Both the position numbers and the translations under genes were made by a program. This document shows, in pieces, positions 15,857 through 25,001 of a DNA stretch of 27,564 bases; position 1 is the first letter of the stretch; every line of letters starts with the position of its first letter. A model generated the notes under the pieces. The model saw only the letters and a program-made list of their open reading frames with translations. It was not told where the DNA came from and searched no databases. The stretch covers positions 1 to 27,564 of the IMG/VR virus record IMGVR_UViG_3300021514_000012, one strand, 5' to 3'. This stretch comes from a virus. Lineage: Duplodnaviria; Caudoviricetes.

Positions 15857-16939
15857 ATGTCAAAAGAAGAAATTGGGTCTATCCATGAAGGCTTCGATGC
15901 GAATGAAGAAGAAGAATTTAAGGCGATGCTCATCCCGGACGAAGCAGGAGCAGGAGCAGGCTCAGACGAGGAAGCAGCGACGGCAGCGGCTAAAGCGGCA
16001 TCGGAAGAAGCGTCAAAGGCAGGTGGCGACGAAGCTACAGCCGAAGAACTTGCTATTGAGTTAGCTAAGAAACAAGCAGAAGAAGCTGCAGCCTCTGACA
16101 AGACAGTTCCACTTGAGGCATTACACGAGTCCCGTATGGAAACCCGTGAAATACGCAACCAGATGATGGATGTCCAGCGTCAACTCGGAACGATGATGGG
16201 CTTAAAGGATGAGCTTCAGGCATTACGTCAGAAAGACGTTAAGGATGAGAAAGCAGAACTCATTGCAGCTGAAGACAAACTCTTTGAAGATGACCCAATT
16301 GCTGCACTACAAGCCAAGGTTACCCGATTACAGGGTGAGCAGGATGCTGTAACTGCAAGCAAGACCGAAGCTGATGAGACAACAGTAGCAACACAAAAGA
16401 AAATGGAAGAGAACCAAGCAGCAATGGTCACCTTCCAAAACGAGGTGAAAGCCAAAGTGGCTGAGTTCGAAGTAGAGAACCCGGATTACCCTGATGCATT
16501 CAAGTTCCTAATGGAGCGACGCATGAAGGACTTTGCTGCGCTCGGAATTAATGACCCGATGGAACAGCAAAAGAACTTCGATATTGAAACTATGGCTATG
16601 GCCAACAATGCTCTACAGCGTGGTGTTAACCCTGCCAAGGCTGCATACGAGCTGGCTAAGAATTGGGGCTACACTAAGGCGGCAGCGCCGGGAGAAGGTA
16701 ATGATGATAAGAATGGTGGTGATGAAGCAACAAAAGCTGCGGCAGAACTTGCGACTAAGAAGAAAGCTTTACAGGACCAGATTGCTGCACTTGAGAAAGG
16801 CCAAGCTGCCTCTAGCACTCTTGCTGGGGCGGGTGGTGGAGCACCAGAGTCTGGACCATCATTGACCGACATTGAGCAGATGTCAGACCCTGAGTTCGAT
16901 AAGTTGTGGGACTCCATGGAAAACAGCAGTATTTACTAG
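15857..16939 (+). CDS. Capsid scaffolding protein
   Basis: Acidic, Ala-rich coiled coil; VPLEALHESR; C-terminal DIEQMSDPEFDKLW; lies between portal and capsid genes. Confidence 0.85.
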   Translation: MSKEEIGSIHEGFDANEEEEFKAMLIPDEAGAGAGSDEEAATAAAKAASEEASKAGGDEATAEELAIELAKKQAEEAAASDKTVPLEALHESRMETREIRNQMMDVQRQLGTMMGLKDELQALRQKDVKDEKAELIAAEDKLFEDDPIAALQAKVTRLQGEQDAVTASKTEADETTVATQKKMEENQAAMVTFQNEVKAKVAEFEVENPDYPDAFKFLMERRMKDFAALGINDPMEQQKNFDIETMAMANNALQRGVNPAKAAYELAKNWGYTKAAAPGEGNDDKNGGDEATKAAAELATKKKALQDQIAALEKGQAASSTLAGAGGGAPESGPSLTDIEQMSDPEFDKLWDSMENSSIY

Positions 16940-16940
16940 C

Positions 16941-17100
16941 TTGCCTTTCATACTTCCCTGAGTATTATTAATCCCTCGTACTCAGGGAACGTATCTCTGA
17001 ACTGATTCAAATCGTCGTCAAACGTACTTGACACCTCGGCGGTGGCCGGAACCACGAAGCGGATGCAGACGTAGCTGCAAACACAATTTGTTTAACGACT
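16941..17100 (+). promoter_or_regulatory. Structured leader of the capsid gene (possible promoter, 11-bp inverted repeat, three ACGUA-loop hairpins)
   Basis: TTGCCT-16 nt-TATTAT; TTCCCTGAGTA/TACTCAGGGAA; hairpins at 16982-17000, 17017-17032, 17064-17079. Confidence 0.6.
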
Positions 17101-17117
17101 TAAAAGGATTATTCCTA

Positions 17118-18197
17118 ATGGCTATGACAGAATATGGTGTCAATGCCCCTGAAGCCGTCAAGTTGTGGTCGCGTAAACTCATGCGAGAAGCCCTCAAGCA
17201 AACGTGGTCTTCAAAGTTCATGGGACGTGATTCCAACAGTTTGTGTCAGGTTCTAGATGACGCAAGCAAAGGCCCGGGAGACCGAGTTCGTTGCATCTTA
17301 CGCATGCAATTGAAGGGCGACGGTGTTCAGGGTGACGACACTCAAGAAGGCAATGAAGAAAGCCTCGTGACGTACACAGATGACGTATACATTAACCAGT
17401 TACGACATGCAGTACGCTCCAAAGGTAAAATGACTGAGCAACGTATCCCGTTCTCTATTCGTGAAGAAGCTCGTATGGGCCTTCAGGACTGGTGGGCTGA
17501 CCGTTACGATACTTGGTTCTTCAATCAACTAGCAGGCAACTCTGACCAGACGGATACCCGTTACACCGGTAACCAAGTGGCACTTGCTCCTGACTCAGCT
17601 CACCGCATTTTTGCTGGTGGACATTCAACTGAAGCATCGTTAACCGCGACAGCATCTGCAATCTTCTCTCTCGAGTTGGTTGATGCAGTAGCAATGAAGG
17701 CTCGTACTTTAAGCCCGGTGATTCGTAAGCTGAATACAGGTAATGCACAGGCTAACTACGTGATGTTTATCACTCCAGAACAGCACTACGATTTACGTCG
17801 TAATACTACAACTCTGGAATGGGCTGACGTTCAGAAGGCCGCAATTCAAGGTGGACAAATTTCCAAGAACCCAATCTTTACCGGGGCACTTGGTCTGTAT
17901 AACGGCGTGCTGATGCATGAAGCGTTCCGTTTACCTGTACTCACCTCAGATGGTGGTTCCAAGATTGGACGAGCCGTACTGTGTGGTGCTCAATCCGCTG
18001 GCTTTGCGTTTGGCCGTGGTTACAGCTCAAGCCGCATGGACTGGGTTGAAGAGTTATTCGATTACAAGAATAGCTTGGGTGTGTCAGCCGGTTGTATTGG
18101 CGGCATGAAGAAAATGCGTTACAACAGCAAAGACTTTGCAACCATTACCGTGAGTACCGCTCATAGTACGGAAGCAACGAATGCGTCTGGCCGATAG
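17118..18197 (+). CDS. Major capsid protein, N4-gp56/DUF4043-like
   Basis: MAMTEYGVNAPEAVKLWS...GDRV...EGNEESL...INQLRHAV...NPIFTGALGLYNGVLMH...WVEELFDY; AAAGGA RBS. Confidence 0.9.
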   Translation: MAMTEYGVNAPEAVKLWSRKLMREALKQTWSSKFMGRDSNSLCQVLDDASKGPGDRVRCILRMQLKGDGVQGDDTQEGNEESLVTYTDDVYINQLRHAVRSKGKMTEQRIPFSIREEARMGLQDWWADRYDTWFFNQLAGNSDQTDTRYTGNQVALAPDSAHRIFAGGHSTEASLTATASAIFSLELVDAVAMKARTLSPVIRKLNTGNAQANYVMFITPEQHYDLRRNTTTLEWADVQKAAIQGGQISKNPIFTGALGLYNGVLMHEAFRLPVLTSDGGSKIGRAVLCGAQSAGFAFGRGYSSSRMDWVEELFDYKNSLGVSAGCIGGMKKMRYNSKDFATITVSTAHSTEATNASGR

Positions 18198-18209
18198 GAG
18201 GAAATAGAT

Positions 18210-18620
18210 ATGCCTACTTTCAATAGTACTGATATGACCTCTGGTCCAGTTAAGAGTATCCACGCTGGTGTAAACACAAAGTTGTCGACCTTCTTGCAGG
18301 AATCAACAATCTCTGCAGCTGGTCAAATCAACATGATGCGTTTACCCGGCGGTGCTCAAGTTGTAGCAACGAAGCTCATGGTCGATGGTGTACCGGGCAT
18401 TGGTCTGGCTGTTAAAGACAGTCATGGCAATGTCTACATGGATACAGCAACGGCAGCAGGCGTGGCAATGATTGGTACGGGACAAGGCTTCGGCCAGCGT
18501 CTTGCATCAAGCGCTCACGTTTACATTGAGCAGAAGGGCGTACAGGCCGTTCAGGATGGAGCTGACTCAGCGAATTATCGTCTGATTGTTAGTTACCTTA
18601 CTGAGTTGTCTAGCGACTAA
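18210..18620 (+). CDS. Putative capsid decoration/cement protein
   Basis: Directly after capsid gene, AGGAGG RBS, beta-rich small protein (LPGGAQVV). Confidence 0.65.
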   Translation: MPTFNSTDMTSGPVKSIHAGVNTKLSTFLQESTISAAGQINMMRLPGGAQVVATKLMVDGVPGIGLAVKDSHGNVYMDTATAAGVAMIGTGQGFGQRLASSAHVYIEQKGVQAVQDGADSANYRLIVSYLTELSSD

Positions 18621-18640
18621 GTAACTGCGCTAAGTTAGAG

Positions 18641-18668
18641 AAAAGGGAGGCTTCGGCTTCCCTTTTTT
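18641..18668 (+). terminator. Intrinsic terminator of the capsid operon
   Basis: AAAAGGGAGGC-TTCG-GCTTCCCTTTTTT. Confidence 0.9.
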
Positions 18669-18685
18669 ATGTGCTACAATAAAGA

Positions 18686-18763
18686 CCGTCAAACGGTGCG
18701 TATATTCTGCGTCCCAGCTAGTGTTAAGTTCTAGCTAAAGGCTGCCTTCGGGTGGCCTTTTTT
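18686..18763 (+). ncRNA. Candidate ~78 nt small RNA between two terminators
   Basis: Extended -10 TGCTACAAT at 18672-18680; hairpins ACCGT-CAA-ACGGT and AGCTAG...CTAGCT; ends in terminator. Confidence 0.35.
18737..18763 (+). terminator. Intrinsic terminator
   Basis: AAAGGCTGCC-TTCG-GGTGGCCTTTTTT. Confidence 0.88.
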
Positions 18764-18810
18764 AATATCACTAATAGGTGTATGCTAGCCCAAAATAACA
18801 AGGGGGAAGC

Positions 18811-20259
18811 ATGGCCGAGACATTACACCAGCTATTGCAGAAGACGCAAAAGCTCCACAACGAAGCATCTGAACAACGTAATTTCAAGGGTCTCGAGCAG
18901 GCACTTGAACAATACAATCAGCTGTTAAATATGGCTCCCGACGAAGCACACCTCGTATTTCTCGTGGGTACAGTCAATCTCCAATTGGGTAACAACGGCA
19001 CCGCTATCAACATGATGATGCGAGCCCAGCAACTTGCACCCAAACCATTACCTGAAATCTGGAACAACATGGGGTCAGCTTATAAAGCCGAGCACATGGA
19101 TAAGGATGCAGAGCATTGTTTCCTTAAGGCTTTAGAGTTAAATGAAGTCACTGACTACTACAACAACCTGTCCACCCTCCACATCAACAGCGGCACTCCA
19201 GAGAAAGGATTGCCATTCTCACGTAAAGCACTCGAACTTGATGAAATGAATGTCAAGGCACATTGGAACCTGTCGCTTGTCCTGCTTGAGTTGGGTCAAT
19301 GGTCAGAAGGTTTTGCTGAGTACGATGCAGGCATCCTGACTCATGACCGGATGGACCGACACTACGACAACAAGCAATCGATTCCATACTGGCAAGGACA
19401 GGACCTGACCGATAAAACCATTGTGGTGTACGGTGAGCAGGGACTGGGTGACGAAATTATGTTCGCCTCAGCCTTGCCTGACCTGATTGCTACCGGGGCT
19501 CGTGTCATCTATGAATGCCATGAACGTCTCGAGACAGTGATGCGTCGCAGCTTCCCTGAATGTGAGATTTATCCTACAAGAAAGTCTGACTACATTGACT
19601 GGCCAAAGAACCGTAAAATCGATTACCGCTGTGCTATTGGTACGCTGTTCCGTTGGTTCCGTTCTGATGGACAATTCCCACGTAAGCAATACCTCAAGGT
19701 AGATGAGGCCAAAGTCAGCCATTATCGCAGCATGATTGAACAACTGGGTGATGGTCCTTACATCGGTATCGGTTATAGCGGTGGCCATAAGAAGACCCAT
19801 GGACATGCTCGGTCACTGCAACTCACACCACTCAAACCTATTCTTGAACAAGACTGCACCTTCGTCTCATTACAATACTCTGATGGTGCCGGTGATAAGT
19901 TCGAGCGATTCCATAACGACACTGGTATTCGTGTTCACCACTTCCCGGAGGCGACTGAGGCATGGGAGTCTGAAGGCGTAAAGAACCCGGGTTGGGATTA
20001 TGACGAAGCACTGTCACTGATGGCAGCGATGGACTTCTGCATCCTACCCAATACCACAGCGGTACATGCATGCGGTGCATTGGGTCAGAGCGTCTGGACA
20101 CTGACACCTGATGCCTGCGCTTGGCGTTATGCGCAAGGCGGACCAAGAATGGTGATGTATGGGAATTGGGTTACACAGTACCGTGAAAATGGAGACTGGG
20201 GCAAAGCCATCAACTCAATGGCTAAACACCTAGAAATGAGGATTAGTGATGGGCATTAA
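18811..20259 (+). CDS. TPR-repeat plus GT-B glycosyltransferase (GT9-like / FlmG-like architecture)
   Basis: N-terminal TPRs (EIWNNMGSAY, YYNNLSTLH, AHWNLSLVLLELGQWSEGF); WQGQDL..KTIVVYGEQGLGDEIMF; FVSLQY; HACGALG. Confidence 0.85.
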   Translation: MAETLHQLLQKTQKLHNEASEQRNFKGLEQALEQYNQLLNMAPDEAHLVFLVGTVNLQLGNNGTAINMMMRAQQLAPKPLPEIWNNMGSAYKAEHMDKDAEHCFLKALELNEVTDYYNNLSTLHINSGTPEKGLPFSRKALELDEMNVKAHWNLSLVLLELGQWSEGFAEYDAGILTHDRMDRHYDNKQSIPYWQGQDLTDKTIVVYGEQGLGDEIMFASALPDLIATGARVIYECHERLETVMRRSFPECEIYPTRKSDYIDWPKNRKIDYRCAIGTLFRWFRSDGQFPRKQYLKVDEAKVSHYRSMIEQLGDGPYIGIGYSGGHKKTHGHARSLQLTPLKPILEQDCTFVSLQYSDGAGDKFERFHNDTGIRVHHFPEATEAWESEGVKNPGWDYDEALSLMAAMDFCILPNTTAVHACGALGQSVWTLTPDACAWRYAQGGPRMVMYGNWVTQYRENGDWGKAINSMAKHLEMRISDGH

Positions 20260-20584
20260 AGCAAGACCTTTGGATGAGCGGTTTCATGAAAACTACATCC
20301 CTGTGACTGAGACCGGCTGCTGGCTATGGGAGAAGGCTGGTAACGGTCGATATGGTGACTTTCAGTTATCAAAGATAAACGGGAAAAGGTTAAGAATGTC
20401 AGCTCACCGATTTAGTTATGAGTTGCATTACGGGCCAATTCCAAAAGGTATGAGCGTATTACATAAATGTGACGTAACAATGTGTGTGAACCCAGACCAC
20501 CTAACCCTTGGTACACAAGACGACAACATGAAAGATATGGTTAAAAAAGGTCGTCACTGGAGTCAGACGTGGAGGAAGCAATGA
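20249..20584 (+). CDS. HNH endonuclease, homing-type
   Basis: GCWLW...YG...AHRFSY...GPIPKGMSVLHKCD...CVNPDHL..GT...NMKDM..KGR. Confidence 0.9.
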   Translation: MGIKARPLDERFHENYIPVTETGCWLWEKAGNGRYGDFQLSKINGKRLRMSAHRFSYELHYGPIPKGMSVLHKCDVTMCVNPDHLTLGTQDDNMKDMVKKGRHWSQTWRKQ

Positions 20585-21273
20585 AAGCAATTATCGTAGG
20601 CCATGGTCCGAGCATCATGGGTGAAAAAATGGGTCATCTCATTGATGAGTATGACGTGGTTATCCGACTTAAACGGTGTCAGGAAACATTGAAGATGCCT
20701 GAATACTTTGGCACCAAGACCGACATCGTAGGTGGTTCCATGACCATTGCTGGTGGCTTACGAGAGATAGCAGTTAAGAATGGGTACTGGGTTTTCCTTG
20801 ACTCACGTCATGAGAACTTGCCTGACAGTAATATCGATGTCATAAAGCGAATCTTCAAAGGTTACGGTACCGTTCACATCAATCAGGAACTGTGTGATGA
20901 GTGGGATGCGTTGTACCGGGAAGCACGTACCGATGTCGAATCCTTCCCAAGTAACATGGACTTAAAGCACAAATCGTGCGACGAACGCGGTGAAAGACAC
21001 CTATCTCAGGGTTTTAAAGCGATTCTATATGCCTGCACTTACATCGATGAGCTGACCCAGTTAACGCTGGTTGGTTTCGATAACATCATGCTTGGTGAGT
21101 TCAACTGGTCCATCACTCGTGGTCCTGATTGGACACACTACCCTCCACATCGTTGGGACATTGAGCACAAACTACTCAAGGCCGTTGAAGACACTTACGG
21201 GGTTGAGATTGGTTACTTATTACCTGAACAAAAAGAGGAGGTGCCAGATGGAAACAAGTCCGAGAATGGTTAA
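20581..21273 (+). CDS. GT29-like (sialyltransferase-like) glycosyltransferase
   Basis: Sialylmotif L-like IVGHGPS...G.LIDEYDVVIRL...GTKTD; S-like LSQG..AI...LTLVGFD; VS-like HRWDIE. Confidence 0.75.
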   Translation: MKAIIVGHGPSIMGEKMGHLIDEYDVVIRLKRCQETLKMPEYFGTKTDIVGGSMTIAGGLREIAVKNGYWVFLDSRHENLPDSNIDVIKRIFKGYGTVHINQELCDEWDALYREARTDVESFPSNMDLKHKSCDERGERHLSQGFKAILYACTYIDELTQLTLVGFDNIMLGEFNWSITRGPDWTHYPPHRWDIEHKLLKAVEDTYGVEIGYLLPEQKEEVPDGNKSENG

Positions 21274-21433
21274 CTTTTGGTACTGGTTGGTAAACATGCT
21301 ACCTAAAAGGCTGGTTTATTTCAGCTTTATGCATGTTATTGCACACGCTACTACCGGAAAGCACGGCAACACAATCGTTCCAGAGCTAACAGCAATGGAA
21401 GCAATAGAACGCTACGCAAAGGATAAATTATGA
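21248..21433 (+). CDS. Small hypothetical protein
   Basis: GGAGGT RBS before ATG 21248; ATGA overlap with next gene. Confidence 0.6.
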   Translation: METSPRMVNFWYWLVNMLPKRLVYFSFMHVIAHATTGKHGNTIVPELTAMEAIERYAKDKL

Positions 21434-22746
21434 AGCAAACAATTAAAGTGGTGAGTTCATTCGCACCTGATGGATATAAACTCTACGGCCAAAAGTTCAT
21501 TAAGTCATTCCTGAAACATTGGCCTGAAGACGCTGAGCTTCACATTTATCATGAAGATAAAAAGCCTGCTTATACCCATAAGAGAATCAAGTATCACAAC
21601 CTATTTAAAGTGCCCGGCTGTATGCCAACACTACAGGCTCTTGGCACCTTCCCGGTGACACAAGGACAAATTAACGGTAAGCGTATCTATCAGATGGATG
21701 CCTTCCGTTTTGTTCGTAAGATGTTCTCCCAAGTGGATGCTGCTACCGGGTTCGATGGTCTGCTTATCTGGTTGGATGCTGATACAGAGTTCTTTGAAGA
21801 TGTGCCTGACGAGTGGATTCGTGACCGGTTTATTAACCGTGAAGACGACCTCGGTCTTGACCATTCACTCACCTTCATGACCTATATGGGTCGACCTGAC
21901 TGGCACATGTGTGCTTCGTTCATTGGTTGGAACTGTGCTCACCCACATAACCCATCATTCTGGAAGGCTTATTATGAACTCATCTTGAGTGGCCACTTCC
22001 TGATGCTACCGGAATGGCATGACTGTTACTGGATTGACTTCCTGCGTGAGCAAATGAAGTTCGATGCTGTGAATATGTCCAGTGGTATGGCACTCGGTAA
22101 AGGCCCTGTGAACGTGTTTAACAAGGTATTCGGTACCATGGGTAAACATGCCAAAGGTAACCTGAAGTTTGCTCAGGGACCACAACGCTACGCCCAGCTC
22201 ATTGATATTGTGAAGCAATTGAAACCCAAGACCGTTATCGAGATTGGGACATGGAACGGGGTACGTGCCGTTGAGATGCACAAGGCTTCACCGGGATTTA
22301 AGTACGTTGGTTTCGACCTGTTCGAGTCCGCTACTGATGAGACTGATGAGTATGAAAAGAATGTAAAGCCACATCATCATGCTGAAGACGTATCCAAGAT
22401 GCTAAATAAAGCGGGTATCGATGCACTGTTGTTCGCGGGTGACACCAACGAGACCTTCCCTACATTCCTTGGCACCTTCCCTAACCAGAAAATTGACCTC
22501 ATCTATATCGATGGTGGCCATGCTGTTGGGACCATTAAGTCTGACTTCGAATGCGCACTCAAAGCAATTGCCCCGGGTGGGATGATTGTCCTTGATGATT
22601 ACTATGAAGACATGCCAGATGAGAACATTGAGAAGTGGGGCTGTAACAAAGTGCTCGAGCGCTCAGGCTTAATGTTCGACGTATTGCCTATCGGTGACCC
22701 GGTGAAGGGTGGTGGCGTGACTAAGATGGCGGTCGTTCGGGGCTAA
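21430..22746 (+). CDS. Fusion of GT-A-like domain and class I SAM methyltransferase (Methyltransf_24-like)
   Basis: N-half LIWLDAD and EWHDC; C-half VIEIGTWNG, YVGFDLF, DLIYIDGGH, GGMIVLDDY. Confidence 0.8.
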   Translation: MKQTIKVVSSFAPDGYKLYGQKFIKSFLKHWPEDAELHIYHEDKKPAYTHKRIKYHNLFKVPGCMPTLQALGTFPVTQGQINGKRIYQMDAFRFVRKMFSQVDAATGFDGLLIWLDADTEFFEDVPDEWIRDRFINREDDLGLDHSLTFMTYMGRPDWHMCASFIGWNCAHPHNPSFWKAYYELILSGHFLMLPEWHDCYWIDFLREQMKFDAVNMSSGMALGKGPVNVFNKVFGTMGKHAKGNLKFAQGPQRYAQLIDIVKQLKPKTVIEIGTWNGVRAVEMHKASPGFKYVGFDLFESATDETDEYEKNVKPHHHAEDVSKMLNKAGIDALLFAGDTNETFPTFLGTFPNQKIDLIYIDGGHAVGTIKSDFECALKAIAPGGMIVLDDYYEDMPDENIEKWGCNKVLERSGLMFDVLPIGDPVKGGGVTKMAVVRG

Positions 22747-23291
22747 TGCTGATTAGCGATTACTATCGGGAGATGAATATCCATCTCCATAAGCATGCTC
22801 ACTATGGTGCTCGTGGTGGTAAGTGGTACCCGGCTGTTCTTGAATTAATGGGTCATTACTGCACTACCGATGTACTGGATTATGGTGCTGGTAAGCAGTC
22901 ACTCAATGATGAATTACCTAATGTCACATCTTATGACCCAGCTATCCCGGAAATCTCACGTTTACCTGACATCCACGATATTGTTGTATGTCTGGATGTG
23001 TTAGAACACATCGAACCTGACTATCTAGAAGAAGTATTGCTCCATCTGTTTGCTGTGACGAAGGTGATTGGCTTGTTTGTTATCGCTACACGCCCAGCTA
23101 GGAAGACTTTACTGGATGGCCGTAATGCTCATCTGATTATTAAGCCAACAGTCTGGTGGATGAGTCATGTAGGTAAGTATTTTAAAATCATCGAAGTGCT
23201 GGAATTGCGTGACGGTGGTGAACTTGTTTTATATGTAAAACCTCGGAGGAAAGACAATGCAACACCAAGCAAAAATTACCGACCGGATTGA
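22746..23291 (+). CDS. Class I SAM-dependent methyltransferase
   Basis: VLDYGAGK, YDPAIP, DIVVCLDVLEHIE, DGRNAHL. Confidence 0.85.
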   Translation: MLISDYYREMNIHLHKHAHYGARGGKWYPAVLELMGHYCTTDVLDYGAGKQSLNDELPNVTSYDPAIPEISRLPDIHDIVVCLDVLEHIEPDYLEEVLLHLFAVTKVIGLFVIATRPARKTLLDGRNAHLIIKPTVWWMSHVGKYFKIIEVLELRDGGELVLYVKPRRKDNATPSKNYRPD

Positions 23292-24234
23292 CAGTATCAC
23301 CGGGATGACTGACGAACATCGTCACACCATCCTCAAGGCACCAAAGTCGGTCAAGATTGAACTCTCACCACGATGTAACTTTCGTTGTGGCTTCTGTGCA
23401 TTACGCACCCGGGAGAAGCAACCAAAGGACGATATGGACTTAGATATGTTCAAGCGCATCACCAAAGAAATGTATGACGCTGGCGTTGAGGAGATTGGCT
23501 GCTTTTATCTAGGTGAGTCAATGATGGCACCTGAGTTGTTGGTTAAGGCCATTACTTACTTGAAGCAAGAACTCAAGATGCCTTATGTGTTCCTGACTTC
23601 AAATGCTTCACTGGCAACCCCGGCTGTCGTAAAACAACTCATGGAAGCTGGTTTAGACTCACTGAAGTGGTCTGTTAACGCTGGCGACGAAGACCAGTTC
23701 AAAGACATCATGGGTGTAAAAACCAACCTGATGCACGATTCGTTGATGAATATCGAAGCAGCGTGGACGGTTCGTGAGACGGGGAACTACGCAACCAACC
23801 TGTACGCTTCATCTATCCAGTACGATGGTGAGCAAGCAGATAAAATGGAATCATTACTCGATAAGCACGTTCGACCGTTCGTTGATGAGCATTACTTCTT
23901 ACCGCTGTACGGCATGGCTGTGGCTTCTAAGCACATCAAAGAAGAGTTAGGTTATGTGCCAAACCATGGGAATGTGGGTCGTGTGGGTGCTATCCGTAAG
24001 CCTATCCCATGCTGGAGTGCCTTCACTGAAGGTCATGTGCGTGTAGATGGTGGCATGAGCGTCTGCTGCTTTGGTGCTGATGAGCGTTTCGACGTTGGCA
24101 ATTTAAACGATAAGTCATTCATGGATTTATGGAACTCTGAGAAGTTTCAAGAGGTTCGAGCAGCACATCTCCGTGCTGAAAAGAACGGTATCGGTGAACT
24201 GGCTGGCACAATGTGTGAGGTATGTATCGAATGA
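23257..24234 (+). CDS. Radical SAM enzyme with SPASM/Twitch domain
   Basis: CNFRCGFC (CxxxCxxC); C-terminal C...VDG..SVCC...VGNL...DLWN...CEVC. Confidence 0.9.
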   Translation: MQHQAKITDRIDSITGMTDEHRHTILKAPKSVKIELSPRCNFRCGFCALRTREKQPKDDMDLDMFKRITKEMYDAGVEEIGCFYLGESMMAPELLVKAITYLKQELKMPYVFLTSNASLATPAVVKQLMEAGLDSLKWSVNAGDEDQFKDIMGVKTNLMHDSLMNIEAAWTVRETGNYATNLYASSIQYDGEQADKMESLLDKHVRPFVDEHYFLPLYGMAVASKHIKEELGYVPNHGNVGRVGAIRKPIPCWSAFTEGHVRVDGGMSVCCFGADERFDVGNLNDKSFMDLWNSEKFQEVRAAHLRAEKNGIGELAGTMCEVCIE

Positions 24235-24935
24235 TGCCATTACGAATTTTCATTGGTTTCGACCAAGCTGAGGCGGTTGCGTACCACACGTTATGTCACT
24301 CCATCCTGTCCCGGGCAAGTGCCCCGGTCTCCATCATCCCCATCAAGCGCAGTTTGCTGAAGGGCCTGCATACTCGCAAGATTGATTCAAAGCAGTCGAA
24401 CGAGTTTGCCTTTACTCGATGGTTGGTGCCGTACCTGTCTGGCTATGAAGGTTTTAGCGTGTTCATGGATTGTGACATGTTAGTAACTACTGATATTGTT
24501 GAGTTGTTTGACCTTGCTGACCCAAGTTTTGCTGTACAGGTGGTGAAGCATGATTATGTTCCTCACGACAAAGTAAAATATCTCGATACGATTCAATATC
24601 CATACGAGAAAAAGAACTGGTCATCAGTGGTGCTGTTCAATAACGACGCATGTCGCTCACTGTCAACCGGGTACGTGGACCAAGCAACCGGGCTGGAGTT
24701 ACATCAATTCAAGTGGCTGCAAAACGACAAACTTATTGGTGAATTACCGGCTGAGTGGAACCACCTTGTTGGTGAGTACCCCAAGACTGATAAACTGCCT
24801 AAGTTGATTCACTACACCGTGGGTGGTCCTTACTTCAATGAGTTCGAACACGTTGATTACGCTGAAGAGTGGTTCAGTGAACGTGCGCAGATGACAGCCT
24901 GCCTGCAACGACAGCGACCGGAGGACGAAGCTTAG
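24231..24935 (+). CDS. GT-A glycosyltransferase (GT8-like, similar to the plant CDI-type family)
   Basis: IFIGFD, SNEFAFTRWLVPYL, FMDCDML, KNWSSV, EWNHLVG, IHYTVGGP. Confidence 0.85.
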   Translation: MMPLRIFIGFDQAEAVAYHTLCHSILSRASAPVSIIPIKRSLLKGLHTRKIDSKQSNEFAFTRWLVPYLSGYEGFSVFMDCDMLVTTDIVELFDLADPSFAVQVVKHDYVPHDKVKYLDTIQYPYEKKNWSSVVLFNNDACRSLSTGYVDQATGLELHQFKWLQNDKLIGELPAEWNHLVGEYPKTDKLPKLIHYTVGGPYFNEFEHVDYAEEWFSERAQMTACLQRQRPEDEA

Positions 24936-24966
24936 GCTTGTAAAGCAGCGTTTCATGATTAGAATT

Positions 24967-24991
24967 AGGGGCATCGCGCCCCTTTTTCTTT
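24967..24991 (+). terminator. Intrinsic terminator
   Basis: AGGGGC-ATCGC-GCCCCT followed by T-rich run. Confidence 0.7.
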
Positions 24992-25001
24992 GGAGACCAT
25001 C

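Noticed and set aside
15950-16770. Internal GGDEAT...ELA..K duplication in the scaffold protein
   Set aside because: Short low-complexity linker repeat, ordinary for scaffolds
17028-17117. Extended TTG start of the capsid ORF
   Set aside because: ATG 17118 has an RBS and the family-typical N-terminus; the upstream part is the structured leader
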